From Hydrolagus colliei (lineage: Eukaryota), in the NCBI GenBank assembly GCA_035084275.1, contig JAYJKW010000483.1:186001-250000 (forward strand): a stretch of DNA of 64,000 nt. Direction: 5' to 3'. The stretch's first letter is position 1; the number at the start of each line of letters is the position of its first letter. The notes under the pieces were generated by a model. That model was not told the DNA's origin and did not search any database. It saw only the letters and a program-made list of their open reading frames with translations. The translations under genes were made by a program, and so were the position numbers. Below, piece by piece: positions 24,471 to 35,541 of the stretch.

Positions 24471-25532
24471 GTCTGATATTAGGAAATGTCCCCACTTCAT
24501 TCCTCATTGTGAACTTTATCCCTGTTACGTCCAGAACAATATGTTTACAAGTGATACCATGGTTAGTTAAAAATCGTTAATATTGTTTCAATGTTAGTGC
24601 TGTGTGTGAGTTTGATTGTGTATCTATTTTGCTCATATGTCTGGATGGGCCTGGGCGTTTGTGAACATTTTGTGTGCGGGCTGTGTGGATGTTTGTGTGG
24701 GTCTGTTTGAGTGGGAGATTGTGTGGGCCTGGGTGTGTGATTGCGTATGAGCATTTGTGCTTGGGTATGTGAGAATGGGGGTCAGGTGGGTGTGATTATG
24801 TGTGAGTGCGTGTACACCTAATGTGTGTGAGTGGGTGTGATTCGGTAAATGTGTGTGGGAGCGAATTGGCCTGGATTGACGTGAATGTGTGAGTGTGTGT
24901 GGTTCCAGTTAGATTTGAGGGTATTAAGCTATGTGTAAGGCTGGGTGGGTGAAGGTTTGAGTGAATGTGCTTATATGAGTGTGTGGTTGGCAGTGAGTTT
25001 GTGTCGGTGTGTGGAGTGGGTGAGCATGGCCCTCACTGCATTTGAGTTTGGACGATTCTCTTTGTTTATGAAGTACACGTCTGGGGAAGTCTATGTTGAA
25101 GTGAATATCTTCCTGTACCCAGATCTGCTTGTGTGGAAGAATCTGCAATTTTACATGAATTCAAGCAGTATAGCCCATAAATATTGTTATGTGTGGAACA
25201 ATCATTGTGAATGATAAAGAAAATATCATGGAAGGGAACGTGCGCAGAGGTCCCACCCAATTCCAAAACAAGCTGCAAATCAACCCAAACTGAGTTGGCA
25301 TTGTCGCAAGTGATGTGGAATAATTTGTGTGTTTTGAATTAACGTTTTGGAGGTTAATTGATACGTGTCAAAACCCATCCTCATGCATGCTCATACCAAA
25401 CTGACATTGCTACCAGCTTCATAATAACATTGCATCAAAGATAATATGTATTAATCCTCACTCTGGAAATCATCTGCATCATTAATTTTAAATCATCCCC
25501 TCCGTACGTGACTCAGTAATGCAACAATGATC

Positions 25533-25538
25533 TTTATT
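25533..25538 (-). terminator. Polyadenylation signal for the secreted form
   Basis: AATAAA on the minus strand 89 nt past the secretory-tail stop codon. Confidence 0.7.
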
Positions 25539-25626
25539 TAAATTACCTTTCATGAAACCAAACTGACAATGAAATGGTGTGGAGACAGGTGCACACAGCA
25601 ATATGCATAATTGTATTGGTAGATGC

Positions 25627-26018
25627 TTATTGACATGCATTCACAGTGTCCATCAGGACAAGGGAAATGTTTACAAAACTTGGTTTACCGCTGGATTTGT
25701 TAACGGTTCTGGTCAAGGTGTTCAGTGCGAAGGTTTCATGTCCGACAATACAGGAGTAGGAGAAGCCTCTACCCCACTCTCCAGCTGAGATGGTCAACAT
25801 GCTGTACATGGAGTAGTTGCGATCTGCGCTATCTGCCATCAACTCAGTGTTCTTGTAGTTGCTGACATCTATCTCCTTGTCATCAACAGTCCATTGCACA
25901 AAGATCTCTTTGGGAGCGAAGTCCTTCACCAGGCAGGTGAGGGTGACAGACTGCTGAGCAGTCAATTCTGCTGCCGAGGGGAGGAGGATGTACACTGATG
26001 GTTGTTTTGTGTGGTCAA
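25627..26018 (-). CDS. IGHM: IgM CH4 exon plus secretory tailpiece; internal donor at 25689 for the membrane form
   Basis: (V)DHTKQPSVYILLPSAAELTAQQSVTLTCLVKDFAPKEIFVQW..YSCIVGHE..VNKSSGKPSFVNISLVLMDTVNACQ*; acceptor CCCACAG|TT; cryptic donor AGCG|GTAAAC; tail with NIS sequon and penultimate Cys, typical of shark mu. Confidence 0.96.
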
Positions 26019-26453
26019 CTGTGGGACAAACACAATCAAATCAATACATTAACGTAATCAATCAAATAATACGTTCATGCGCAACATGCAGTTGAACAAA
26101 TTGAGAATGTCTGTGTTCAGTGGTGTTTTCTGAAATTTCCTCATATAACTTTATTAGGTCCACCCAGAGAAAACTGGTTTAGGTGTTTCCAACTAAACTC
26201 ATTGAGAACATTTCTCACATTCTCCAAGAAAAATAATTTATTTATTTATTGTGGATATTATTCACTGAATAATAAGGTATTAAACTACTTATCAACTTAT
26301 ATAAAGATAGGTTTTCTGGCCTCTTTGATAGGCAACAAATCCACAGATAGATGGAAAGACAATACAGTCCAGAGACAGTTACTAATTGTTTTCACGATTA
26401 TTTCCATTGTCTACATTCTAAAACCACGTATTTCCCCAAATCTAGCTCCATAC

Positions 26454-26762
26454 CTGTCCTCTGAAATATCTTTTCTCTGACAGGAGTTGGCATATCTTCG
26501 TGGCTGGCAACGCAGAAGAACTCCTTCCCACTCTTCCAGTCTTCTGTAGAAACGTTTAATTCACTCATCACTTCATGACGCTCAGTGACAGATGGTTTCC
26601 CATATCCAGATAGTTGTTTCTCTCCTTGTGTCCAAGACACGTTGACATCAAGTGGTGCATTATCCACTACACAGGTCAGTGTTACAGAGGATTCCATCAA
26701 CACCTGTTTTGGTGAAAGTGGAAGGAAATAGATCTTGACATTCCCAGTGGGATCCTCACAGT
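26454..26762 (-). CDS. IGHM: IgM CH3 exon
   Basis: (D)CEDPTGNVKIYFLPLSPKQVLMESSVTLTCVVDNAPLDVNVSW..EFFCVASHEDMPTPVREKIFQRT; 309 nt, acceptor TTTTCTAG|AC, donor CAG|GTATGG, phase 1. Confidence 0.95.
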
Positions 26763-27486
26763 CTAGAAAAGGAAAAGAAAGTTTATTCACAAATATCAGC
26801 CAATAGGCATGTTTCGTATTCGTTCAGGCTGATCAATAGTGTACACACACATTATCAGCTTCTGGATGAGATAAATACAGACTGTTGTTTACCAACGCAA
26901 GGATCGTTTGGTGTTGGAATAATGTACTGGAAAAGACATGGTTATGGTTAGTCCTGACCCTATCCCTAGCGAATCTCAGAAGCCCTGCATGTTAATTGGC
27001 CGATTGATATCGCATATCCATCGTCTGATAATGAACAAGTATTAAGCAAATACGTTCGATGAGTAGTACCTCAGCAGTGTGTGTCATCTGCATACCTTCT
27101 TGGATTACACAAATAGTCTGTTTGTTTTCAGAGAGTTCAGTGAAACTGGAGATTGGGGAAATGTGTGGAATGTGAGAATTGCATCGTCGGTCACATGGAC
27201 CTGTGAGAGGTATGATATGTGCCCTTGAGAAGCAGATCAGTAAATGACCGACATAGTGTGTCTGCTTGGCCACCCGCTGATACGTGAAGAGGATCAGGGC
27301 CTGATTTCCTCATGTTGTGCAGGTCAACAAAACACTGGATCAATGCTCACATGTGCAATGTCCTCAGTGAAATAACAAAAGGGGGTGAAATGAAATGAGC
27401 TATTTGATCTCATAGGAGTGGATAATGGGAAGCATTACCAGAAGCACATTGTTGCCATGATTCTCAACTGGTTCTTTGCTTCATAC

Positions 27487-27816
27487 CTGAGGACTTGGTG
27501 ATGTTCTTGACAATGTATGTCTGTGTTGGGCTATGGGAAACCTGGCAAGTGTAAACCGAGCCACTCCTCCACTCTCTGGCGAGGACAGTCAGCCGGCTGC
27601 TGGTGGTGAATGTCCCATTGTCTTCTTTAACGGAGGGAGAGGTCTCAACCCCCGAGGTGATGGGCTCCCAGTCCTTCAACCACTTAACTGTCAGTTCATC
27701 TGGACGGAAGCCAGATATCAAACAGACAGCAATGCCTGGTTTGTGGATTGCAATATCTTCAGGAGATGGCTGAGTGAGGATAACAACTGGGGGCGATGGC
27801 TCCTGAATGTCATCAA
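27487..27816 (-). CDS. IGHM: Second constant exon, CH2-type (CH2b)
   Basis: (V)DDIQEPSPPVVILTQPSPEDIAIHKPGIAVCLISGFRPDELTVKWLKDW..TFTTSSRLTVLAREWRSGSVYTCQVSH..; 330 nt, acceptor ATTTCAG|TT, donor CAG|GTATGA; matches shark Cmu2 motifs (SRLTVPAREW, VYTCQVSH). Confidence 0.93.
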
Positions 27817-28659
27817 CTGAAATGCATGAAATAATAGGTTATGTTTTGTGCAGTTCTCATTAATATTGAAGCAAACGTTGATTTCAGCCCGAGTGTGGAC
27901 ACCTCTCTGTTAGAGCTTTACATATTTGTATCTTCCCTGCAAAGATAGTCTTATCATTCTCACCTTACAAAATTCTAATCTCCTCAATCTATTCATCTGA
28001 CTTAGTGAACTAAATGTTAAAGTGGGCCTGGAATTGAAAACTCTTCTGCTCTCCTTTACCCGATTCCTACCACTGAACATTCCTTACATCTTGCACTCCA
28101 AAGCTATGTAGCTCCCCTTCTCTATGTCCCACCTTCTCACTGTCTAGTTTCTGTTGTTTCTGTGTCGTGTCACATTATTCATCTAACTTCCCCAGTCCAT
28201 CTCAACTTCGTAGAGTACTTTGTATCCCGTTCATATATGCCCTTCATTTGCGGATAAAGCAGCATTCGAGAAATTAGTGTAATTTGGGAATTACAGATTC
28301 TCTGTGATGGGATTTCATTTAATCCAGTGAAGAAAAGTGACATACTCACATCTGCAATAGAGAATTCTACAATCCAGACTAATGATAATAATATTCCTTA
28401 TATAGCTACATAAAATTTAATGTTTTTGAGGCGTCTAAAAGTGCTTACCAGAATAGACCAGGAAACAAAATTCGATGTACATTTTATTCGCAAAATGTGG
28501 CGGCCAAGGGCTCACAGCAGTGTCCCATGAATTTGGTGCATTGAAGTCATTGATTTTTATTTGAATAATAATTAGCTCCCAGAAATGCGATACACCAATG
28601 GACTGACCACAGGTTTCATACTTTCTTCCAGGTGTTCAGATATATGTGTAGTAACTAAA

Positions 28660-28790
28660 CTAGCCCAATCTTTTGTCCTGCCTGGGAATCAAGCCAAAAA
28701 TTCTAGTTTGAGATGTGAATGCTCTAACCACTGATCTCCAGGACTCCACATGTAAGCAATACAGGAAACTCAGAGCCACAACATTGCCAC
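28660..28790 (-). mobile_element. tRNA-derived SINE head in the CH2a-CH2b intron
   Basis: Minus strand TGTGGAGTCCTGGAGATCAGTGGTTAGAGCATTCACATCTCAAACTAGAATTTTTGGCTTGATTCCCAGGCAGG. Confidence 0.6.
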
Positions 28791-28818
28791 ATGCATCAGC
28801 TGGCGCTGCGCCCCCTAC

Positions 28819-29148
28819 CTGTGGGCATGGTGATGCTCTTGACAATGGTGGTGTCGGTGGGACTGTGGGACACCTGGCATATGTAAACCCCGCCATTCCT
28901 CCATTCTCTGGCGGGGACAGTCAGCCGGCTACTGATGCTGAATGTCCCATTGTCTTCTTTAACCGAGGGAGAAGTCACCACACCTGAGGTCACGGGCTGC
29001 CAGTTCTTGAGCCACTTAACACTCAGTTTGTCGGGTTCGAAGCTGAATATTAAGCAAACAGCAGTGGCCGGTCTGAGCATTGCGATGTCTTCAGCGGAAG
29101 GCTGTAAGAGGATAACTACTGGGGGTGATGGTTTCGGTTTTACAATAT
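28819..29148 (-). CDS. IGHM: First constant exon, CH2-type duplicate (CH2a) in the CH1 position
   Basis: (D)IVKPKPSPPVVILLQPSAEDIAMLRPATAVCLIFSFEPDKLSVKWLKNW..TFSISSRLTVPAREWRNGGVYICQVSH..; 330 nt, acceptor TTGTTGCAG|AT, donor CAG|GTAGGG; only the two canonical Cys. Confidence 0.93.
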
Positions 29149-30629
29149 CTGCAACAAATTAAATAAAAGTTTATATTTTGTGCCATAGAAATACATTTTG
29201 TTCTGCGATACATATTAACACTGAAAGGCCAGCCATGATGTGGAAATTCCTCTCTCAACGGCATATCTTTTTTCAATCTTCCCTATAAAAGAAAGCCTTT
29301 AGAAACATGAACAATGCGATCACCTCAATCAATTTACCTGATGTTTTAAACTAAACTCTATAGAGGACTTGTATTTGAGAACCCTTCTATTCTCCCTGCC
29401 CACGTGCATCTCATTGAGCATTCCTCAATAATTGATCTTTAAAGCTAGTTCAGTGTCATTCTGTCCCTGCTTCCAATCTGTCTGGTGAGTGATGTGTCTG
29501 TTTCTTTTCAAACTACTTGCATATCTATCCCACTCCAACTGAACAGGGTCAGGTTCTTTGTCCATGTCTATATCTGACCTTTAGCTCCAGAAATGGAGGT
29601 ATATATATATATGTTTGTGTATGGATGTGCATTAGTGCGTGTGTAAGTGCATACAATTACTTCTAACTATAGAGATTTTCAACGAGGCTGTGGCTGCTTG
29701 GAGTTGGAATTCAACGATCCAATGATGCTAAACAAAAATGGAAGTCTCTCTCTCTCTCAATCTCTATCACTCTCTCTCGTCATACTAGTTAATAATTCCC
29801 CCAAATAATCTTTCTCAATCACTCTACCCTTGTTTGTGGGACAGTGGTCTGTGCAACAGGCTTTTGCGCCTTGCTCACAAAGTACAGACAATCCACTTTG
29901 CATTATGTCCTGCGTTTTATCTCCAGGATAGGCATTGCATCTAATGCAATAATTACAGAATGAAGTACGTGCGCATGACAGCGTGCGTAACTGCACCCAA
30001 TGACAAAAAAAGACTTCATTTATTGGTATTATTCATCATAGTTTGTATGGATGCAGTGTTACTTTTTTGTTGTGTGTTTGCGTGGTGGTCAGGGGGAGGT
30101 AGAGAGGGGGGGGGGGGCAGGAGGTAAATTGCGTCCAAGGTGTTACATTTGGCATTTTACATTTAAATACACTTTAAATTTAAGCTCCCAATAATGTAGT
30201 TTAAGTTTTGAATACCTGTGTGAAAGAGAAACTTCTGAGCAACACTGCAAAGCCTCATCACACTGCTTGCTTGTCTATGTACTGCTTGATCTCACACTCA
30301 GTTCTCTGAGATGGAGTGTAAATTCCTCTCAATCCTGTGTCACATTTCAGCTGTCAATCAGTGATAGAAAGGCAGCGATGACTGTCAGTGTCTGTCTGTG
30401 AACCTGGAGTCAGTGACGCTGAATCGACAGAGAAGCAGCTCAAAGCCACCAGTTGTTAGACTGTGTTTCTATATTTACATTGTGATCATAAATCTGACTC
30501 TGACCAATAAGTTTTCAGAATTCAAAATCACACCACATTTTGAATTGCCGCTAAAATTCAAATTTAGCTTCAATTTTAAAAACGTCTAATTAATTTGTTA
30601 ATGTAAATTGATGTCAAGGTTACTCAGAG

Positions 30630-30637
30630 ATGCAAAT
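30630..30637 (+). promoter_or_regulatory. Perfect octamer ATGCAAAT in the J-C intron (candidate enhancer element)
   Basis: Exact motif, with E-box CAGCTG at 30348-30353 and ACCACA at 30532-30537 nearby; function not demonstrable from sequence. Confidence 0.3.
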
Positions 30638-31536
30638 ATTTTTACACCAAAATTTAAAACATGAGCAACACTGGCTTTGGCGTTTGAAAAATCAATTGAC
30701 CATCTTCAGACTGTTGACTGAGTTACCAGTCAATTTCGACCAGACTCCTGCTGTGTGGTGTTAAAATAGTTCATCAATTATTTACAGTGATAATAAATTG
30801 GGCGTTTGATTTAGATCCTTATTGTGTCTTCGAGAGATCTCAAAGCGCTTCATGGAATATACTGCGAAGTTAACTGGCAGCTCGTTTTGGGAAGAAAAAT
30901 ATCTGTCTGACTGTTGACTAAGATTGGTCCATATTAGCTCTTTTAAATAATCAAGATTCCATGTAATGGTTTTCCGTGTTTTACATGAGAAATGAAGGAC
31001 AGTCATCAGTGTTGTGCCAGGGACTAGCCTCTCACAGGGAATCCTGTCTGACTGTGAGGGTGATTAGCGGAACCTGAAGCAGCTGCTGGCACAGCGATAA
31101 ATGGAGGCACAAAAATGTTCCAACACATTTATGTGTATTTTTGTCACACACCCGCTCCGAAATGGTTAAATAACGGCAAAGGCAGAGGGTAAATAGCGAT
31201 CGATGGCAGAGACGCTGCCTTGATTGACGAGCAAAGCACTTTCACACATGGGAACATGATAAAATAATAGTAATTAACAGCGCTTGATGTAGTTCCATAC
31301 CACGCGTTTGAGCGGCCTCAAACAGTTTAATATGACATACTGTAAACTGAAATGTCTGTGTGATATTTGGGCGAATTTCGACAGCCCATTTCAAACAGCA
31401 TTGCGCAACAAACAGCTATCTGTTGAATCAACAATTAGTACTATTATCCTTATTATTATTGAGGGAATATTACCACCAAGAAAGAGGTTTGCTGATTAAC
31501 TATCCAGCAAGTTCCTGCCGACTGCTAGGTAAACAG

Positions 31537-31570
<34 letters not shown>

Positions 31571-33781
31571 AGCACGGAAAGCTGCCTAATGTTTCTTCAT
31601 GGCTGAGAATCAAACCTGTTTTTTCCCGCTTCACCGCTGGGCTACAGGAATCACAGAATTTACATAACTATTGTTTGCTTCACAATCTGTATAAAGCTGA
31701 ATTGTGGTAGATTTCTAAGTTAGTATTTAGATATCCTGTTTTCATGTTGCAGCCATGTCCGCAGGTTGACACTCAGATGCAGGTGCTACAAACACTGAAC
31801 AACAAGCGGCGCTGGCGTTTGCGCAGCTGTTTCCTGCCCTTGCACCATATTGTTAGTTATAAATACATTGAATAAAATAATGATAAAACTAAAGATTATG
31901 TTCACTTCTGCCATGGAAATCCTCAAATAATAACAGATACTTTGAGATCATTTATGCGTACGTTAGTATTTTTTAAATAGTATAATAATCTGAAATTTTA
32001 TTTGATTTTGCAATTCCGTTTTTCATAAGATATCAGGAAAACGTTTTTTAGAAATCAAACTGAGTTTGCCATTTATTCACGTGGGATTTTACACTTTAAC
32101 AGAAAGTATTCTCCTCGCGGCCAAAGTTTGTGTGGATTTTTCGGTCTGTTGGAAGATGTTAACGAAAACAAACCTACATATTGCTGTGGTCGACCGTTGG
32201 TTCTGAGTCTTAAACAAAAACCGAGCTCTCAGTCTCTCTCTGCGTGGTCAGTAATCTCAATTTCAGCCGTTTGCAATTACGCTGCTCAATGCCGTCTAAT
32301 CAAGTCTCACAAATAATCACAGAGCAAAACTTCACACCCCGAACACAAACAGATTCCATCCAATAATCCAAAAGTTACTCAATCTTCGTTTACTCTCAGC
32401 CTGAAGTACTCAGTGACTGAACAGTCAACCCACAATCTCCCTTTACGCATCACACATGACATTGAACAATGTAACTCACAGTCAGAATTCCGTGCAGCAC
32501 AACTAGTTACACAACATAATCTAATCATGTAATTAGAAGGAAATGAGATACCGTTTCCTTTCATCCCCAGCTCTGCAGGACTTTGAGCTAATCAGCTGTG
32601 AAATCATTAGTTTGGTGTCAGTGACTGATGCTGTTGTGTGACAAACATCTCACAAGCAGCTGCTCATTTTGCACTTCAGCCTGGAAGTCACAGTTTACCG
32701 TTTGTTTATTGAACATCTCTGTGTTTTTTCCCCTACACACCAGTTCATTTTAAGCAGGAAGCTGATGATTATAGATGAACAACGCTCTCTTGTGTGACTG
32801 AACTTTGCGAGGAAGCACAATTCACTCAATCGCTGTAAAAATAATTTACCGTTAATTCTGAACTGATACTGTCACGGGTAATATCGAGATTGGTGTGTGG
32901 GGGCCGCTGAGGAAATGAAACTATGAAACACATATTAATGTCTATATCAATTCGAATTAAAACCTTCACACTTATTTCAGTATGAACCGTGCACGTTGAT
33001 TTGCTGTTGATTTCAGTAACTTCCCAGCAACATGAAACAAAAATAAGATAAAATTTCCAACACTCATCCCATTCCATTCAAGCTACTGGTTTGTTAGTTG
33101 TAGAACAATTGAATCAAATATTGATTTTTTTTAAATAGACACTAATCTCACATTTGCAGGAAATTTTATCGGTAATTTAAGATTTTGCTGTAGTGTATAA
33201 GATTATTTGTATACTTAGAATTCGAAAATTTGATGCAGAGTAACTCTGGTAAACCTGTTTCAAACCGAATTTAAAAAGTACCCACATTTCTACGGGATTT
33301 TACGCGTCACCAATCAATAAAAACACCCCTATTATTTTGGGAAAATATGTACAGCATGAGTTGCTGTATTTTTAGTCACAATCCAACATTATGATCTCGC
33401 TTTACACTCAGAATCAATCGCTCCCAGACAAGCAGCTACCAACTGCAGACACTTCCCCTACATTAAACTTTGGGGCGTTAAATGCATGTTTGAAGCGATC
33501 AAATAAACTTCTCACTATATCTCCCAAAAATGTCAAAAATTGAGCTGTGACCATTCACCGCAATCGCACATTGCAGATAGTGCATCAGCATTAGCTCAGA
33601 TGGATATTCGTTGAATGAATAATGCACAAGTTCAAAGCAAAAACAGCCAAAACACTTCTAACATAGATAAAACTACGAGATACTCCGATCATTAAATCAA
33701 ATGTCTGTCAAACCGAAAAAAAATCATGCATATAAACAGACAAGGTAAGTGCAGTGAGTGAGATTTTTTTCTCTTTCTTAC

Positions 33782-33832
33782 CTTCAGTCACCGTCACCTT
33801 CGTGCCTCGTCCCCAGTAGTAAGGGTTATAGT
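33782..33832 (-). CDS. IGHJ: JH segment (YNPYYWGRGTKVTVTE)
   Basis: WGxG motif; donor GAAG|GTAAGA; directly flanked by an RSS. Confidence 0.95.
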
Positions 33833-33871
33833 CACTGTGCTACAGTCAGTGAGCTGCCCACTGCAATAACC
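33833..33871 (+). other. J 23-RSS (CACTGTG-23-GCAATAACC)
   Basis: Heptamer 33833-33839, 23-nt spacer, nonamer 33863-33871 with 2 mismatches. Confidence 0.9.
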
Positions 33872-34208
33872 TGCTGGGCGGGCAGGAAGCACAAACACAA
33901 TATTAGTATAAATGTTGACTTCCTCAAACCAAACGCAAGTCACAGTGTACATCTGTACGCGCAGAAAAAAATTGAAAAATTCTATTTTTACCTGGTAAAT
34001 GTTTGTATCATTGCCGGTTTCCAATGTTCCTGTCAAACGCCTTGCCTTATCAACATCGGAATGAAGTATATATTTGTATGTTTTATTTCTGTTAAATTTG
34101 GTAATATCCTCAGTGATCAGCACTGTTTTAACCATATCAACTAATTGGTCACTTAGTCAGTCTCAGTTGTGCTAACAATGAGAGAGATTAACTGGTTATG
34201 TGTTGAAG

Positions 34209-34276
34209 GGTTTTTGTATTGGCAGATAATGCTGTGGTCCATGTATACCACAGTGATGAACACTCGGACAAAAACT
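34209..34276 (-). other. IGHD: D2 segment GTATACATGGAC (34237-34248) with 12-RSS on both sides
   Basis: Plus strand GGTTTTTGT-12-TGCTGTG | D | CACAGTG-12-ACAAAAACT. Confidence 0.92.
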
Positions 34277-34592
34277 ACTGCACAGGATCAAATTTGAAAT
34301 ATTGACCTGAAATTTCACACAAAGACTGGAGGAGCTCAGTTCAGATTCTCCAATGTGGCATCGTGTAATGTTTCAGTCAGAATACATTTTTATGTTTATC
34401 GGAGACTTTTAATTAATGTGAAGCCACTCACCAGACCCCAATCTTGTTTAGCGACATCATGTAATCTACACTAATCTGAATCCATCTTTTAAAAAGCAGG
34501 ATATTTCTGAGGATGATGTACTGTCAGTAACAGTACATTTGGTTAGTGTGAATGTTGTTGTGATTACAGGGTTGAGCAGTCTCTCTGGCTGG

Positions 34593-34670
34593 GGTTTTTG
34601 TATGAGGGGGCGGCTGTTTGCTGCATTGTGACCCACTGTATCCACAGTGATACAGTCCCATACAAATACT
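34593..34670 (-). other. IGHD: D1 segment GATACAGTGGGT (34631-34642) with 12-RSS on the V side and 22-RSS on the J side
   Basis: Plus strand GGTTTTTGT-22-CATTGTG | D | CACAGTG-12-ACAAATACT; typical chondrichthyan D1 layout. Confidence 0.92.
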
Positions 34671-35086
34671 GAACCCCAACGTCAGCTCAATACTGGCTGT
34701 AACAAATTGTTCAAAGTTTAACTTATCATTTGACATGACACCGACTGTGTCTAGTAATGGCTTCGTATCCACAGAAACAGAAAAATAATTATAACCAGCA
34801 GCTTTTAACAAGAGAGTACATCTGAACCGTTACACAGCCAATCTCCAATCATTGTCCTTCCCGCCTCAACAGCAGAGATTCACTTACCAGGTAAAATTAT
34901 AAAGCATATAATTATATAATATTACAACAAACGTGAGCAGCTCATTCGCCCCATTCAAACCACGATTTGTTCCATTGAATAAGTTTGATAAGAAATCCAT
35001 TACCAGCTTTTTCTTTAAACTTCGTTACAATAACCCAATGCCTGCCTGTGAGTGTAGGGTGGGAGGGGCTGCCTTTCCTCCCCTTG

Positions 35087-35125
35087 TGTATTTGTAGCGG
35101 CTCAGCCCAGTTTCCTCTCACTGTG
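35087..35125 (-). other. V 23-RSS (CACAGTG-23-ACAAATACA)
   Basis: Heptamer 35119-35125, spacer 35096-35118, nonamer 35087-35095. Confidence 0.92.
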
Positions 35126-35434
35126 ACTCTGCTCTAGCACAGGAATAGGTGCCGGTGTCCTCCACTCTCAGGCTTTTGATGATCAGATCGAAGATGTTAT
35201 TGGAATCCTCTCTGATGACAGTGACACGGTTTTCGATCCCAGCCGCGAAGCGTTTGCTGTATGAGCTGTAATGCCAGAGGAGCTGCTCCCGCTGTTTTCC
35301 GGGAAGCTGCCGGTACCAGAACATGGTGTATCTGCCAATATTGAACCCGCTGGCTCTACAGGTCAGTCTCAGCGACTGGCCAGCTTTCCCGGTTAGAGAC
35401 TCCGGCTGTGTCAGCACCACAGCGGTCTGGACAC
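35126..35434 (-). CDS. IGHV: VH exon, unrearranged and open
   Basis: (C)VQTAVVLTQPESLTGKAGQSLRLTCRASGFNIGRYTMFWYRQLPGKQREQLLWHYSSYSKRFAAGIENRVTVIREDSNNIFDLIIKSLRVEDTGTYSCARAE; both Cys and Trp36 present; acceptor TTTACAG|GT. Confidence 0.96.
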
Positions 35435-35541
35435 CTGTAAACAACAAGAGTAATGATTCTACATTATCCTGACTCGGCGATACGGCAGAGAGAATAACAC
35501 AGACACTGGAATATTGCGATTGACATACAAACAGTACTCAC

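Noticed and set aside
26990-27280. Possible Penelope GIY-YIG remnant in the CH2b-CH3 intron (also ~40000-40230)
   Set aside because: Only vague motif resemblance; not supportable by eye.
29757-29996. Cys-rich minus-strand ORF in the J-C intron as a candidate CH1
   Set aside because: No Ig-fold Cys/Trp spacing and no convincing splice sites.
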